From: Amphiscolops sp. MND2022
Taxonomy: Eukaryota
Length of the DNA: 64,000 nucleotides
Assembly: GCA_964187785.1 (NCBI GenBank)
Contig: OZ076409.1
Location: forward strand, 88,228,001 to 88,292,000
Direction: 5' to 3'
Positions 34,886-48,700 of this stretch are shown here, piece after piece. The position numbers and the translations under genes are program-made. How positions within the stretch are numbered: the stretch's first letter is position 1; each line of letters opens with the position of its first letter. A model generated the notes under the pieces. The model made no database searches. It was not told the origin of the DNA and saw nothing but the letters and a program-made list of their open reading frames with translations.

Positions 34886-36989
34886 CAAGTGTTTGTTGGT
34901 AAAGGTTGTTCAGAAAAATGAGTTATGGAGGAGCTGGCAACCTTCAAGAAAGATTCTAGGGACGTCAGACCTATGTTGATTTTTCCTAGTACTTCATTTG
35001 GAATCGGAGTACGGCAGTTGTCCTGCAGTTTTTACCTGCGTCGCATCAATAGCAAGGGGTAAGCCGCCGGATTTTCCCTGGTCAGAGGGATCCTTCCCTT
35101 GAGACTATTCTAGTACCGTAGGCTGGAACTTTTCCGTCGTTCTGACCATCTCGTTAGTGAAAGCGTTGACGTCTATTTCTTTGTCTGCTGGGTTGAGAAA
35201 TATGGGTTTGATTTTCGGAGTTTGCCGGAATCATTTTCTGGGCAGAATCTGGTGTTCCAGTATTCTTTTCTGACTGCTTATCTAAATGAAAGAGTATGAA
35301 TTTTAGCGGTGTGCTACCTTGAAAGAGACCCATTTTACCGCGTCAGAAACCTTCCGGAATTATCTTTCACATTCAACAAGACGTGTTTTCACGCATTCCA
35401 AAAACGGAAACAGGAAGCGACAATGAACAGAAAAATTCCATGTCAAGTTTGTTTTATTCAAAAGAAAAATCCAGACCAACGTTGAGTTGAGCACATCACT
35501 GCCTGCATTGATGGACTCTTCGCTGGGATATAATTCTCGTAAGGCTGATGAAGCTAGTTGAGAATGACCGAACCCGGCAAGAAATTTGAAGGAATTGTCG
35601 ATTGTGGATAACTATGAAACTCACTAGGAAAGAATTACAAAGAGAATTGAATGTCAAAGTAGAGGAATGTGAACATACAGTTGAACTGAGATTGGAAGGA
35701 GTTGGAAATCGTGTTTGAAGAACGTTACCAGGCTGTGGTGATTATTTACATATTTGAAATGTTCATGGAGTCTGCCAGAGAAATGTACAAGGTTACAAAA
35801 TAAAAGTTACAGCTTAATTAGTTAGGACCATTAAGGCTATAGTACTCTATTCCGTTTTTAACATAGTTTCGTTTTCGTTTCATTCTGTATTAGTTGGAGT
35901 TTTTCCATTTTGAAAAAGTTTGAGTTAATTTTTCATTTTTTGCCATTTTATTACTCAATTTTCGATTGATCAACAGATAGATCTTGTTGGTTGAGAAAAC
36001 GGTGACAAATTAGGAGATATGAATCCTCAACTAGCTACTTCAGATGAGCTTAAATTTTTATTACAACTTGCAGACATCTTCACATCTCACCTGAATTTGA
36101 TGACCATAGAAGGTCAACAATCGAGAATCAAAAAATGTCGGCAGCGGAGAAACTCCATTCAGGACTTGTGTGCCGATTCGGTGCAATTTACCGAAGGAGC
36201 GACCGCCGAAATAGAATTACCGGGAAAACCCCCTAACTGTCTCAGTCGGGAATCTGTCTGAAAATGACAGACCATCTGTCTGAGAGCTACCATGGGAATG
36301 TACAACGAGGTGAGAAAAGTGTTTGATGCGGACGACTTGAGTTCCAGCTTTTCTATCGATTCCGTGATATACATTTCGAGCAGTGAGGAATAGGAGCTTT
36401 CGGATGGATGGGAACCTGACTGGTCAACCGACACCGAAAAATGATCCAGAGTGTAGGAGCTCAAATGGTGTCTTGCCCAGTTCCCATCGGAGGAAGAATC
36501 TTGAATACGGAAAACGACGAACCGGGCACAAGTACTAGCTACGTTGACATTGACGTCACTCCGAAATTGGACAGAAGGTACTTCGAAGTGAAGTTATGTT
36601 TTGCTCCTGCCAAAGAAAACAACAAACGTGAGATCGTGCTGTGCAGGACCCTAATTTTTCTTGCAGACTGGCCAGTGTCATCCCAGGCGCCCGAAAGGGG
36701 ATCACAATTGGAGACAACTGTTATGCAACTCCCGGGCGCCAGCTTTAGAGCCACATATCACATCCACGACCCGAAGCCTTATGAGAACTTCGGTGAGAAA
36801 AGATATAAGGTTTGCCCCTAGTGTGTGGGGAATCCATAGACGCTATTAAGAAAAAAAATGCGGACAACTTCATGAGGTCTACTCCAAAAGAAGAAACTAG
36901 ACAAATCACGAGAAATTCACGAGAAAAACTTGAGACGAAAATTTTTCATAGCTGGACTAAACGCTGGGTCGTTTCTGTTCAATCCACCG

Positions 36990-37540
36990 GCGATGTCGCA
37001 GGCTGCCACCTGTGATGGCCAAAAAACACGACTACAGCAGAAGGACAAGAAATATCTCCGGGAGCCCTACCCGTTTATTGAAATTGAAAACTTATTATGT
37101 GTTTGGGTAAAATAGAATTTTCCATTGATTTTGTTTATTTGTAGCAGTTTTTTGATTTACATTTAGTCTGTTACCTTTGTTGCTTGTACTGATTGAGTTA
37201 AGAATTGAATGCACTAAAATGCAATATATAAGATCCAAGCTAAACAAGAATACAGAAACGATTTCAAATGCGGGTATCAGCCAATCAGATTTTGTTATTT
37301 CATGTGTTTTTACCGTGCTGTACTGTAATTTGCCGGATAAGGCTGTTTGAACAAACTCTACTAGTGCAGTAATAAAAGTCAGGCTATTGGCCGGTTCAAG
37401 CTAATTAGAGTTACAAGTATTACTAGTGTGCTAACAATGTGTTGAGTACATGCAAAAATGTTTCATTTATACCCTTAAGCTGATTGTTGTCCCTGTTCAA
37501 GATGTTTGTTGTTTGCTTAGCTTAAAGTTATAGGTACACG
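36990..37540 (+). repeat. Diverged ~600-bp direct repeat, copy 2
   Basis: See copy 1. Confidence 0.8.
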
Positions 37541-37559
37541 TCTTTGTGCCAATTCAGGA

Positions 37560-38539
37560 CAAAGATTCATGAACGATTGAAGTCAGACGGCCCTATTAGG
37601 TTCTTTTGATATTAGTTTGATAACATGAATTTAGTTGCTTGATTTGCTTGTATGACCCATCGAGGCACGCGTGTAGGCACGTGCCTGAGTGCAGTGAATA
37701 CATATTTGTAGTGCTTTAAAATTCCTCCGACGTTTTGATGTAAACTGTTGTATATAGTCAAGTGCCGTTTCTGGAATACTGGTATCAGCGAAAAATTTAT
37801 TTTTTAGTTTGTTGAAAACTTGAAAAGGTGAGTGTCACGCCGACGAGAGTATATATTGCCTTAACTCTCTGAAGTAGACACAACTTCTCGAACTCAGTTA
37901 ACGTTCACACTTCTACGAAAATCATACTGTCCGATAAAATTTAGATCGGTATATACCAAATCGGTATTCTTTAGAGCCTTTTACAAGAAAACAAGAGAAA
38001 AGCGAGAAGGTGTGTGGTACCTGGAAGGATCTCAGATCTAGAAAACATGGACGTAATGATATGGAGTGTTCATTATGAAGGAGGAGATAGTGAATTTGGT
38101 AATTCGGTTAAAAGGCTTGAAAGTCTTGGCTATCATGCCCTAATCGAACATAACTCTAGCAGTAGTTCAAACTCAATAGAAATTGAGATTAGATGATTTG
38201 CCAGGAACGGACGAATATCAGGTGAACTTAATTCAGACAGTGAATTGAACCGGTTGTCTGGGGAAATGAACCAGAGTATAACACAGGAAATGAACGCATT
38301 GATGAACAGTGTTAACTCGCAAATACAGAGGGCCATAAGTGAAGCTATAAAGCAGCAAATCTTGCCTCGATTACAAACTTGTCTTAGGTCCTTGAATTAG
38401 CAAAGGGCATGGAATCTTCCTGGTGAAAGACCGGAACAGAAATCTGAAAATGCCTTTAACCGCAATTCTAGAAGCCGTTCCAGAAAGGAGGTTCGTCGAA
38501 ATCTAAATTGTGTTGAAGACGAAGAGGATACTCATTACA
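37560..38539 (+). mobile_element. Solo-LTR-like relic with decayed gag-like ORF ending at ..EEDTHY/ACA
   Basis: Broken frame SDLENMDVM..LNRLSGEMNQSITQEMNALMNSVNSQIQRAISEAI..EDEEDTHY ends at TACA 38539, paralleling 61446-62887. Left boundary not determined. Confidence 0.45.
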
Positions 38540-38707
38540 GGAACTGAACGCTACGAAAATCTGGACTAGAACAAACATGTAATCTATTTTAGAAACCACA
38601 GAAGTAGTTGGATCTGTTTTTCATTCAGCGCTGCCAGTCACCAACTGTTAATAATTAGTCGGTACAGTTGTCAAGTTCCTAAAGACTGCAAATGTCTGTG
38701 CTGGCTC

Positions 38708-38711
<4 letters not shown>

Positions 38712-38748
<37 letters not shown>
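38712..38748. repeat. (CT)n microsatellite
   Basis: Run of tc dinucleotides. Confidence 0.95.
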
Positions 38749-38751
<3 letters not shown>

Positions 38752-39522
38752 ATCTATCTCTTTCCTATGAAATCCATCCTTTAGTCTCCCATCTTTGCAA
38801 GCTTGAAAAATTTTTGTCCACACGGGAACTCAAACCACTTCTAAGACACCTTACTTTGCATGGAAAACCGCGTCAACATTTTTGCCCAGTGAAAAGTACT
38901 TCCACCAGCATCTCGGAGCAATTGGCAGAAAGTGGTAGAAAAGATTTTCCGTTTCTTGGGAAAATTGATCGAAACGGGAACCGCCCAAGTCAGCAGTGTT
39001 TTGAACATTCGAAAGAACACTAGTGTGAACAATTTATATATTTCTGTCCGTAAAAGTCTCATAGTGCCAAAAACCCAAAGACCCAAAAGGAGATCCTGTA
39101 AGTTCCCAAAACGCTTTTTAGAAGTCGAAACCTTTTCAAAAGAAGTGAAGAACGTTGGACCAAAACGAGCGCTCCCATTTGTCCCAGCCCGCAATATCCG
39201 AATTTTAATGCTATATCCGAAGTAAATGGCGCTTTACTAAAGAAAAGGCCGAGCGTTCCCATGTGGCCCAGCACGCTATATCCGAACGTTTGAAGCGTTT
39301 TCAGAGCACGAAAGGCACCCTTTGGGTGTTTCGACAGTTTTAAAAACTTTGCGCTTTCTCAGCCTTAAAAGGGGCGCCGACTTAAGACGTTCCCGTCTTG
39401 TTTCAATTTTAAATGAAAAAAGATTAAAAATCCGACCTTAACAATACAGTGACTAAGATCGGCTCTTAAAATGTTGAGAACAATTTGTCGAACTCTGAGG
39501 ATGTGGTTTCAAATTTTTCCAG

Positions 39523-39881
39523 AAAAACTTCTGGTGTTCCAAGATTTTTGACAGAATCATGGTCTGAAAAAAGCACAAATTTGTTTACTTTGCTTGAACC
39601 TTTAAATCGGGGTGCTTTGGGAAACGCTTGTTTGATTTTCATTCTAAGCAGGTGAATACAATGTGGCGTTCTAATGAGGTGTTTGCTTAAAACGATATCC
39701 AATTAAAAACTATACAGGGCGCTGATGCAATATAAAACCACGGAAGTTATTGGCACAGTATTTCCTCTTAAGACCGAAGGGCGCGAAATCAAGTTTGCAC
39801 AATCCAATTCTAAACTAATCGAAAAGTACGTACGGTCAAATTCAGTTCCATCTGCTTGGAAGAGCTTCGATATTATTACAG
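39523..39881 (+). CDS. Two candidate upstream exons (39523-39651, 39718-39881), possibly the N-terminal part of the TRPM-like gene
   Basis: ttccag|..AG|gtgaat and tacag|G..G|gtaag splice sites with compatible phase and open frame. The link to the downstream exons is not established. Confidence 0.3.
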
Positions 39882-42249
39882 GTAAGACAGAGTTTTGATT
39901 TTGCAGTTAGAAACTAAATCGTATACGATCAGAAGATAATTCTAATAATCGAAAATAAATTACTTTCAAAAAAACGCATAAACTTAACCACTGGCAAAAA
40001 ATTATCTCCATCTTATTAAAAAAACACACTTTTGTTGATCGACAAACTATAATTTGTTAATATTTTGACACAAAAGTTGACACACGAAAATCGAGAACCG
40101 TCAACAACTGAAGATGTGCACATGTCTCATAATAAGTAGTTTCTTCACGTGAGTAATTTTTTACTACTTTTGAAAAACGTAGGCAGAGTATTTCATTTTA
40201 GAGTTTTTCTAATTTGTACTAATTGTTTCTGATCACACTGTAGGCCACCATAGCTTTCAGGGTACGTACTATCTTGTAATGGAAGCGGTACTGTTGAACT
40301 GTAAAATATAAATTGCTTCAAGCTGCTTTAGTACAGTTAACAGAGCGCCCGCCTCGGAACTTGAAGGCCGACGGTTCGATTACCATCAGTTCCCAAACAA
40401 TTTTTGGATGTAACACAACTAACTCTCAAAAAGGCCTTGCTAGAAATCCTTCAAAAGGCGTTGTTTACAAGTGTTTGTCATTGATATTTCATTTGTTTCT
40501 TTATTTTGTTGTTTAACTACACACTTAGTTCGTTCGCGATCCGTGATGCTCTGATCTTTCTCAAAAAATTCAGGTTTATACCGTTCATTTTAATCTTGTT
40601 TTGAATAGCAGACTTGCATTCAAGGACCATCCGATTAGCAAAACGGAATTTACTATTTTGGTCCAATCTATGCTTCTGTGAAACGTTCCACCGAGAAACA
40701 CGGGCAATTCTTTTCACTTGCCTAACTACTCGGGTCGTCGTTTTCGAAGTTGTGCCATCAATGTACACCAGTAGTTGAGTGATGGGAACTGAAAGATTTG
40801 CTGCCCGACGAGGCATCAATTCTCGTGTCGGACAACAGCATCATCAACAGCTTTATCTCAAAAGACAAAAATTTAGAGAACATCGAAAACTGGATTCAAT
40901 ATTTCTCGACTGAGTAACTTGTGAAGAAAAAATTAAGTGGAAGTTTAGTCCACTAAAAATTCCGCATCACAGAGACGAAAAAGACGTGATACGAAATTAA
41001 TGCAAGCGACAAAATTTGAGTTAGCAAGATTCTAAGGATGGGACAACAGAAAAAGACCTACAACCGTTGCCCGGCGTCAGTGGACAACAAAAGGGAACTA
41101 GAAGTGAAAGTGATCTTTCATCGAGGCCTTCAAAAAAGTTGACATTAAAAACTGAACTCTTGCATCAGAGAACGGAAAAAATTAGAAGGACAATTAAAGT
41201 AAAGTGTCAGCATTACTTTATGCATAGAAACTCCATTTACAAGAAGCAGTCGGCAAAGAAGTAAATTGACCGATAGACACCTGAAAAATTCAAAACGCTA
41301 CTGACCTAGAAAAATCCTTCTTAACAAAAACAAGATGAAAGAAATCCCTCAGAAAAATTGCAATCCAAGAATATTAAAAAATACAAGCATCAAAACACCA
41401 GCTAATTCGCCAAATGTGGTTATCTAAGGAAATTAAATCTTTGACACTTTCCGCAAACGCCAACATAGTGATGATTTCAGACAAAGGAAACTAATAAAAA
41501 TCGTTTCTTTCTGAAAACTACAGATAAAAAGGTTAATACCGTCTTCACAGGCAGCTGAAAGAACATTCGTACATCCTATATATAATGGGTACTTTTCTTT
41601 GTCTCGGCAGCTTTGTTACGTAAAAGCCGAGAGCCGATCAACATTATCAGAGCATATTACGTAACAATTTGTATTCCAATTGAAAGATATTTTTGAAAAA
41701 TGGCATGCCAATCAAATTCGATCTTTTCGAAAACTGACTTTACTTTGAGAAAAAGGCTCCTTTCTGTTTCTCCCCCCACCACCAAAATTTTGGAAGTAAA
41801 TTTCCTTAAAACTTCAGACTAGTATAATTAAAAGTAAAACCTTCTTTCATAATGGGAATTTAACATCTATTGGAATAGTTTTTTTTTTGCTAGAACAAAA
41901 CATTGATCACGCTTTTCGACTATAATTATGCTCGTATTAAGTGTTTATTGATGACTCAAAACAGGAAGCTGTTGATTTCTTAATCAAAATTGCGTGACTA
42001 TATATTGAAAAAAGGTGAACAAAGTATTTATCTGAATCCTACACTGTCACACTAAGAATAAATGTAAATTTGAAGCTTTCTGGTTTGTTTTCAAGTCTTT
42101 TTGCTATACGATTTTCACTAATTTTCGGAAAAAAAATTGGCGGTGGGGGGAAAACAGAAAAGAGCCGAGAAAAAAGATCAAATGACTTTGAAAGCCAGTT
42201 GATTGACATGGCTGCTAATATCAAATCTAAAGCAATACCAGTGAAATCG

Positions 42250-43995
42250 TCAATAAAGGACCTTCGGAAGACCTTCGAGATCAAAGATCATTCAAGGACC
42301 TTCGGAAGATCTTCGATATCAAAGACCATTCAAGTTCCTGCGAAAGATCTTCGAAATCAAATTTCATTCAAAGATGATCGAAAAATCTAGATCAAAGTTC
42401 ACTCAAGGAACTCCCGACGTTCTTCATTATCGAAGATCAGTCAGGGATCTTGGGAAGATTTTTGAAGTCAAAGATAATTTAAAGATTTTCGAAAACTCTT
42501 CAAGATCAAATATCGTTCCAGGATATTTAGATAATCGAGATCGAAGATCATTCGAGGACCTTCTGAAGATCTTTGATATCAAAGAACATTCAAGGATCTT
42601 CGGAAGATCTTCGAGAACGAATGTCATTCAAAAATCTTCGGAAAATCTTCGAGATCAAATGTCATTCAAGGGACTCCCGACGTTCTTCATGTTCGAAGAT
42701 CAGTCAAGGATCTTGGGAAGATTTTTTAAGGTCAATGATAACTGAAAGATTTTCAAAAACGCTTCAAGATCAAATATCGTTCCAGGATATTTAGATAATC
42801 GAGTTCGAAGATCATTCGAGGACCTTCTGAAGATCTTTGATATCAAAGAACATTCAAGGATCTTCGGAAGAACTTCGACATCAAATATTATTCAAGGATT
42901 TTTGAGATTGAAGATCGATCAAGGACCATCGGAAGATAATCGAGATCAAAGATCATTGAAGGACCTCTGAAGGTCTTTAATATCAAAGAACATTCGAAGA
43001 TCTTCGGAAGATTTTTGAAGTCAAAGATCTTCCAAAGATTTTCGAAATATTTCCGAGATCAAACAACATTCGAGGAGCTTTAAAAATCGAGATCGAAGAT
43101 CATTCAAGGACTTTCACAAGATGTTCGAGATCAAATATTTTTCAAGGATCGTTGAGATTAAAGATCAAGGACCATCGGAAGATCTTTCGTGTCTTAGATC
43201 TTTCAAGGATCTTCGGAAGATCTTCGAGATCAAAAAGCAATCAAGAACCTTCGGAAGATTTTCGAGATCAAAGATCATTCAAGAATCTTCGGAAGATCTT
43301 CCATATCACAGATCAGTCAAGGATCTGCGGAAAATCTTCGATATCAAAGGTCTTTCAAGGAATCCCGAAGTTCTTCATGATCTAAGATCATTCAAGATAT
43401 TCGGAAGATTTTTGAAGTCAAAGATCTTTCAAAGATTTTCTGAAGATCTTCGAGATCAAACACCATCCGAGGAGCTTTAGATAATAGAGATTGAAGATCT
43501 TTCAAGGGCCTTCCCAAGATCTTCGGGATCAAAAATTATTCAAGGATCTTCGAGATTAAAGATCAATCAAGGTCCATCGGAAGGTCTTCAATATCAAAGA
43601 TCATTCAAGGAGCTTCGGAATATCTTCGAGATGGATGATCCTCCAAAGATCTTCGGAACATCTTCGAGATCAAAGGTCACTCGAGGATGTTCGGAAGTTC
43701 TTCGAGATCAAAGGTCTTTCAGGGATCCTCGAAAGATCTTTGCCAACAAAGATCATTCGAGGATCTTCGGAAGAGCTTCGAGTTCAAAGGTTGTCCAAGG
43801 ACCTTCGGAAGATCTTCGAGATGAAAGCCCATTCAAGGATCTTTGCAAGATCGATGAAATCAAAGATTCAAGTGTCTTCGGAAGTTCTTCGATATCGAAG
43901 GGCATTCAAGGATCTTCGGAAAATCTTTTAGATCAAAGATCATTCAAGGACCTTCGGAATATCTTCGATATCAAATATTATCTAAAGATCTTTTT
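42250..43995. repeat. Degenerate ~38-bp satellite with palindromic GAAGATCTTC core
   Basis: Unit like aagatcattcaaggaccttcggaagatcttcgagatca, repeated dozens of times. Confidence 0.9.
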
Positions 43996-44099
43996 GTAAC
44001 AGTTTACCGCATGACACAAGATGTTACTTCACAAGAGCAATTTTGCTGTCCTTCAGACATAGGGGTTTGCTAGTAAAAGATAATTTCGTTTGAAATAAC

Positions 44100-44630
44100 A
44101 AACAAGCCGGGAACGGCCCAAGTCGGCGCCATATCTAAGGCTCAACAACAGCAGAAGGACTTCAAAGTGTCAAGTATTCTCTTCTACCGTACCCGCGTGA
44201 GGAAAAAATTGAAAAAAAGCCGATTTTTTTGAAATTTCATTTCAATTTTTTTGGTCTCCGGTAAGTCGCATAGTGACGAAAAATATGATAGGCACTTTGG
44301 GAGTTTTTGAACATCCATTCTTTTGCAAAATAGAAAAAAAAGAAGGGGGGACCCTTAGGACACATTTAAAAAAATTTCGAAAAAAGGACTCACAAAGCCG
44401 AAAAAACTGCCCAAAAAATTTTTGGTCATGGGCGGGACTCGAACCCGTACTTCTGCTTGGCAGACCTCAAAAATCCTCCAAAAAATTAGAAGCAGAAGAA
44501 GCGACATTAGTGTGACAGTTAGTGGAAGCCAGCTTATAAAGCTTATAAAATCTGTCACTTCGTTGGTCTTGAAAAAAAGAAAAGTTACTACTACAGTCTG
44601 CGTTTTTCTACGAAAAACACCGCCTAAAAA
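44100..44630 (-). mobile_element. HINE/DINE-1-like non-autonomous element
   Basis: aacaagccgggaacggcccaagtcggcgcc end; other end ..gtctgcgtttttctacgaaaaacaccgcctaaaaa. Confidence 0.6.
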
Positions 44631-44764
44631 CCGTAGTTAACAACCAAATACGGAAGTCACGAATTTAATCCAAATAGCTGGGTCACAAAATTGATGAGCA
44701 TGGGAGAAAGAGTATGCATCACGCAGTGAATCACTCTCTAGATGAGAGGGGATGCTTTACAAAG

Positions 44765-45529
44765 AAAAAGTCGGGTAGGTCTCAAGTCAGGACTATACCT
44801 AAGGCTCAAAAACGCAAAATTTTAGAAAAACGCTCAGGCTTTTTTGAAATGAAAAACTCACATGAAAGTGTCTTAACACCCAAAGGGTGTCTTTCGGGCT
44901 CAGAAAACGCTTCAGGAGTTCGGACATAGTTTCCTCTCTCTTAGTAAAAGGCAATTTCTTTCAGATATAACGTCATAGTCCGAATTTAGCGCAGTATTTT
45001 TGAACCTCCACTTCCTTCGCGTTAAAACGCAATTTGCTACTGATATAATATCAAAAGTTGGTATAGTATGGGGAAAATATATATGTGGATCTATTCTGAA
45101 AAAAAAATCTAATTTCAGACAGAAAATAATAATTTTGAAACAGTCTCATAGTTCCGAAGAACGCAAAAGAGGGTACCCTTTTGACCTTTTTAAAATACAG
45201 TTGGGTGAAGATAATCCAAATAACCAAAGAGAGGAGGGACCTTTTGGCGACATCAAGAAATTTTAGAAAACAGTCGCGCAATGGCGAAAAAACGGCAAAA
45301 CCAAACCTTCTGAAATTGCTTAGTAACGAAAAAATCTTTTACGACTATGGTACCCAAAGGTACCCTCCGGAAGCACCCGAGATTGTTTTCTAGTAAGGTA
45401 AGTAAGGTAGGAAGGCCGAGAGAATTCTGTAAAAAAGTGGACCTTCCAGTGTGAGGTCTGTGGTCTGGACAAAAAAGGGTCACTGTAAGAGTCTGGCATT
45501 TTTGTTTCACGAAAAGCGCCGACAAAAAA
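44765..45529 (-). mobile_element. HINE/DINE-1-like element, second subfamily
   Basis: aagtcgggtaggtctcaagtc.. end and ..cacgaaaagcgccgacaaaaaa end; duplicated at ~63068-63833. Confidence 0.55.
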
Positions 45530-45732
45530 GGCACATAGATACCAACTGAATTCTCCGTAAGACTGGGAGTTGGTCAGTTTTCTGATTGATAATATTAGCA
45601 GCGTAGATTACAGTTGTCCCGTTTGTGATCTTTCTTGGAAATCTCTCAGTGTCGCTTTTTGTGCTGAATTTTCTCTAGTTATCTTAACTCGAATCAGCTG
45701 ATTTCATACTATACAAGATACTGAATGTTTAG

Positions 45733-48700
45733 ATGAAAATGGATTTGGATAACTCGAATTTCAAGAACCTCATCTTTGCCAAACTATACGACGATGATGT
45801 GCCTGACCTGCCATGGCCGAAGCTACAGAGACTTTTGCTCTTGTTTCGACTGATGTTTCGCATTCCTCTTGTCGCCATTCTGGAAGATTACGCAACTAAT
45901 GATCGTCTGGCCAATGAGAACGAGAATCGCAAAGGAGTTCTCTCGACAGCTGCACGAATTGCAAGCAAAATAAAAATGGTTGCGTCACTTATTGCCACAT
46001 TCTTTAACCGAATTTTAATTTCAATTTGAATAAAATGTTATTTTGAGATTGAACATAAACGAAAGCGTTAGTGACGCATTTTCCCTAAAATGATATTGAT
46101 TCCAAAAATGGATCAAACTGAAAAACATCCTTCCAAGTAATCAATCGACAGTTGAAACAACATAAATGAGACAAATTAGTTGTTTTTGTCAAATTAGTTT
46201 CTTTTAACATGTAAACTTTTATTACAAATTACAAAAAGTTGCTGTTTGTTAACAAAAACACGAAATGATCTGAGAAAAACATGCCATCTGACACTTGATG
46301 ATGCCAAAATGTGTTTCATCGTAAATTAATGTCTCAATCCTTTAGGTCACTGATGAGAACGACCTTATGTATGCTCCTCCCATATTTCTGGGCCGGCATG
46401 ATTTGGAAAATGCTCAGATTCAGCGATCACTGGCTAAGCATGAAACCTACACCAAAGAACTGATTTTTGTCTACGGCGAGAATGTGCAATTTCTGAATGC
46501 CATCAAGCAAGTCAAAAGCGATCGTTTCGGACTAGTGTTTTTCAAAGGCACCGGAATACTTGCAGATACAGCTGTGAAAATAGCTAACGACGAAGAAATA
46601 GGTCATACACAACTCAGCAAAGGTAAGTAATTTCGGACTAGTTTACCCACTAAAGTTGACATACCCCACGTTTTTGGACCCATAGTAGTAATGGTGGTAG
46701 TTTTTAGTCGGCACTTTTCCTACGAAAAGTGCCCGACTATTACAGTGGGTAGTTTTTTCAGTTCTCAATGGTCTGGACTCTGAATGGTCGACTTTTTTGT
46801 TCGTTTGTTCAACGCCAGCCAGGGGGTCAACCCGGATTTTAACATTTCAAAGTTCGGATTTAACGTTTTAAAATTTCGGATATAATGTTTTCATTTCTCG
46901 TATAACCTTATCGATTTTTCCTAAAGGTTCACATAATTTGTTGAGCCTTAGATATATTGCGCCGACTTGGGCCGTTCCCGGCTTGTTTATTATTAAGGTA
47001 TACCACAAGCTGGTAGTGAAAATTCAATTTTAAATTTTGCTTCTATTTGTTAATTGCTCAAAACACGCGTAGCGGGTAACTTTAGTGAGATTTGAACTTA
47101 TAACAAATGCACACTGTGATTGGTATTTTTCAGTCAATTTTTAACCTTCAAAGTTAGTTTTCTATGATTTAGGAAACGGTATTTTTTCATCAAAAGTTGC
47201 TGTTTTATCAATTCAGTGTCTTTGGGTATTGTATCCTTTTTAATTGACCAAAATCTGAAAAAATTACGACTAAATTTGCGGGACTCTTACATTATTTTTT
47301 TCTTTTTTTACATTTGAAAAAGGCACAGAGCAAAGAAAGCGGATAGGGGTAGTCGATACGGCAGTTGTTGTTTTGATCATTTTCTTCAGAATCAGGAAGG
47401 CTGAGTTCGATTCTAGCGAGAATCCATTTTAAAAAACATTTTTTGAATGAAAAGCTCTATGAGCTTGCACAAGAGTCCTCCTTTGGGTTTTTAAAGCACT
47501 GTGCGACTTTATTCAATTTTTTCTTAACACCTCCTTCAGTTTTGTTAAAAAATGTTTTTGGTAAAGAAAAAGTTTTTATGAGCTCAAAGTGTCCCCACGT
47601 TGCTTTTTTTTGGACGGTGAGATTTCCACATTTAACTGAAACGCTGCAAATAAACTACAGTACTGTGATTAAGAAATCGTCCCCCTATGCGCTAAGCGTC
47701 GATATCAACCAATTAGAATTGCGTATTTGCTCTCACTTTCAATCAATTCTGATTGGCGCATAAGTGATATCTCCGGCGCAGAAGGGAACACTTAGTTTTT
47801 GAAATATTTTTCTAAAAATTTTAAATTCATCGAATTCTGCAGATTGTATAGAATTCAATGATATAATTTTCGTTTCAAAAACATTCTAAATGGAAAAATA
47901 ATGGCAGTTTTCCGCCGCGAAACGTTCATTTCCTATCTTAATACATGTAAATCGACGAAATTTTACCTTTCGAGCATGATATTTCAAAAACGGTTGATAA
48001 TTTTTGAAATCGAAAATTGTATCCATAGATTCAGTAGATTTGTGCGAGTTATTTGAGCATAAAACTTGCCAAAAAACTGTGGATAAAACGGTCAAAAATT
48101 GGTAAAACGGAAAAAAGCCCCAAATTTGCTCAAAATCAGCTAATTGTAACTTTCTCAAATTTTGTCCCAGAAAAATTTAAAAAAAACACTTATGTAAACT
48201 AGATGAAATTCTAAGAAACTTTTAATTCTTATGTTTTTCAAAATTCTCAACAGATTTCGAGAAAATCGAGCCTGAAATCGCCCCGGGGGACGTTTTCTTA
48301 ATCACTGTACTGTATTTGAAAACACTTGATGCTGTTGAAGCCTTAAGTTGGCTGTGAACTGTTCTCAGTTTGTTCATCACGGCATTTAAACTTTTTTTTT
48401 CAAAAATTTTACAGAGGTGATCGACACTCTGTATTCTCTGAGAGAGAGTTTCACACTGATTGACCTGACCAGTACAGATGCTTTGAGAGAGTCAATGATC
48501 ACACACATAGTGAGGGCAGACTTGACAGTGAGTCACAAACTGAAGACGTTGATTGAGTGGGGAAGGTTCAACAGAGCGGCCGACTTGATTTCGCAACTTA
48601 AGAAGTCGCAATCTGGGAGAAGAGAGCTGAAAAACAGCTTCGCCAAAACTCTAACTCATCTTTTCGTGCTTGGAGAGGCTGAAGCTATTGAACTTTTGCT

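Noticed and set aside
35664..38543. GGAA..GGAA as a 4-bp TSD defining a 2.9-kb TGT..ACA element
   Set aside because: A 4-bp match is easily coincidental and there is no empty site or second copy to confirm it.
40321..40393. tRNA-like sequence (A-box-like tagtacagtt, B-box ggttcgatt, possible CGG anticodon)
   Set aside because: Acceptor and D stems pair poorly; more likely a tRNA-derived SINE head or pseudogene. tRNAscan-SE would decide.
42039..43999. Cluster of 70-120 aa ORFs (SRIFGRSSRSK-type), also at 58948-60920
   Set aside because: Translations of the 38-bp satellite in several overlapping frames; the frames are not preserved between the two copies.
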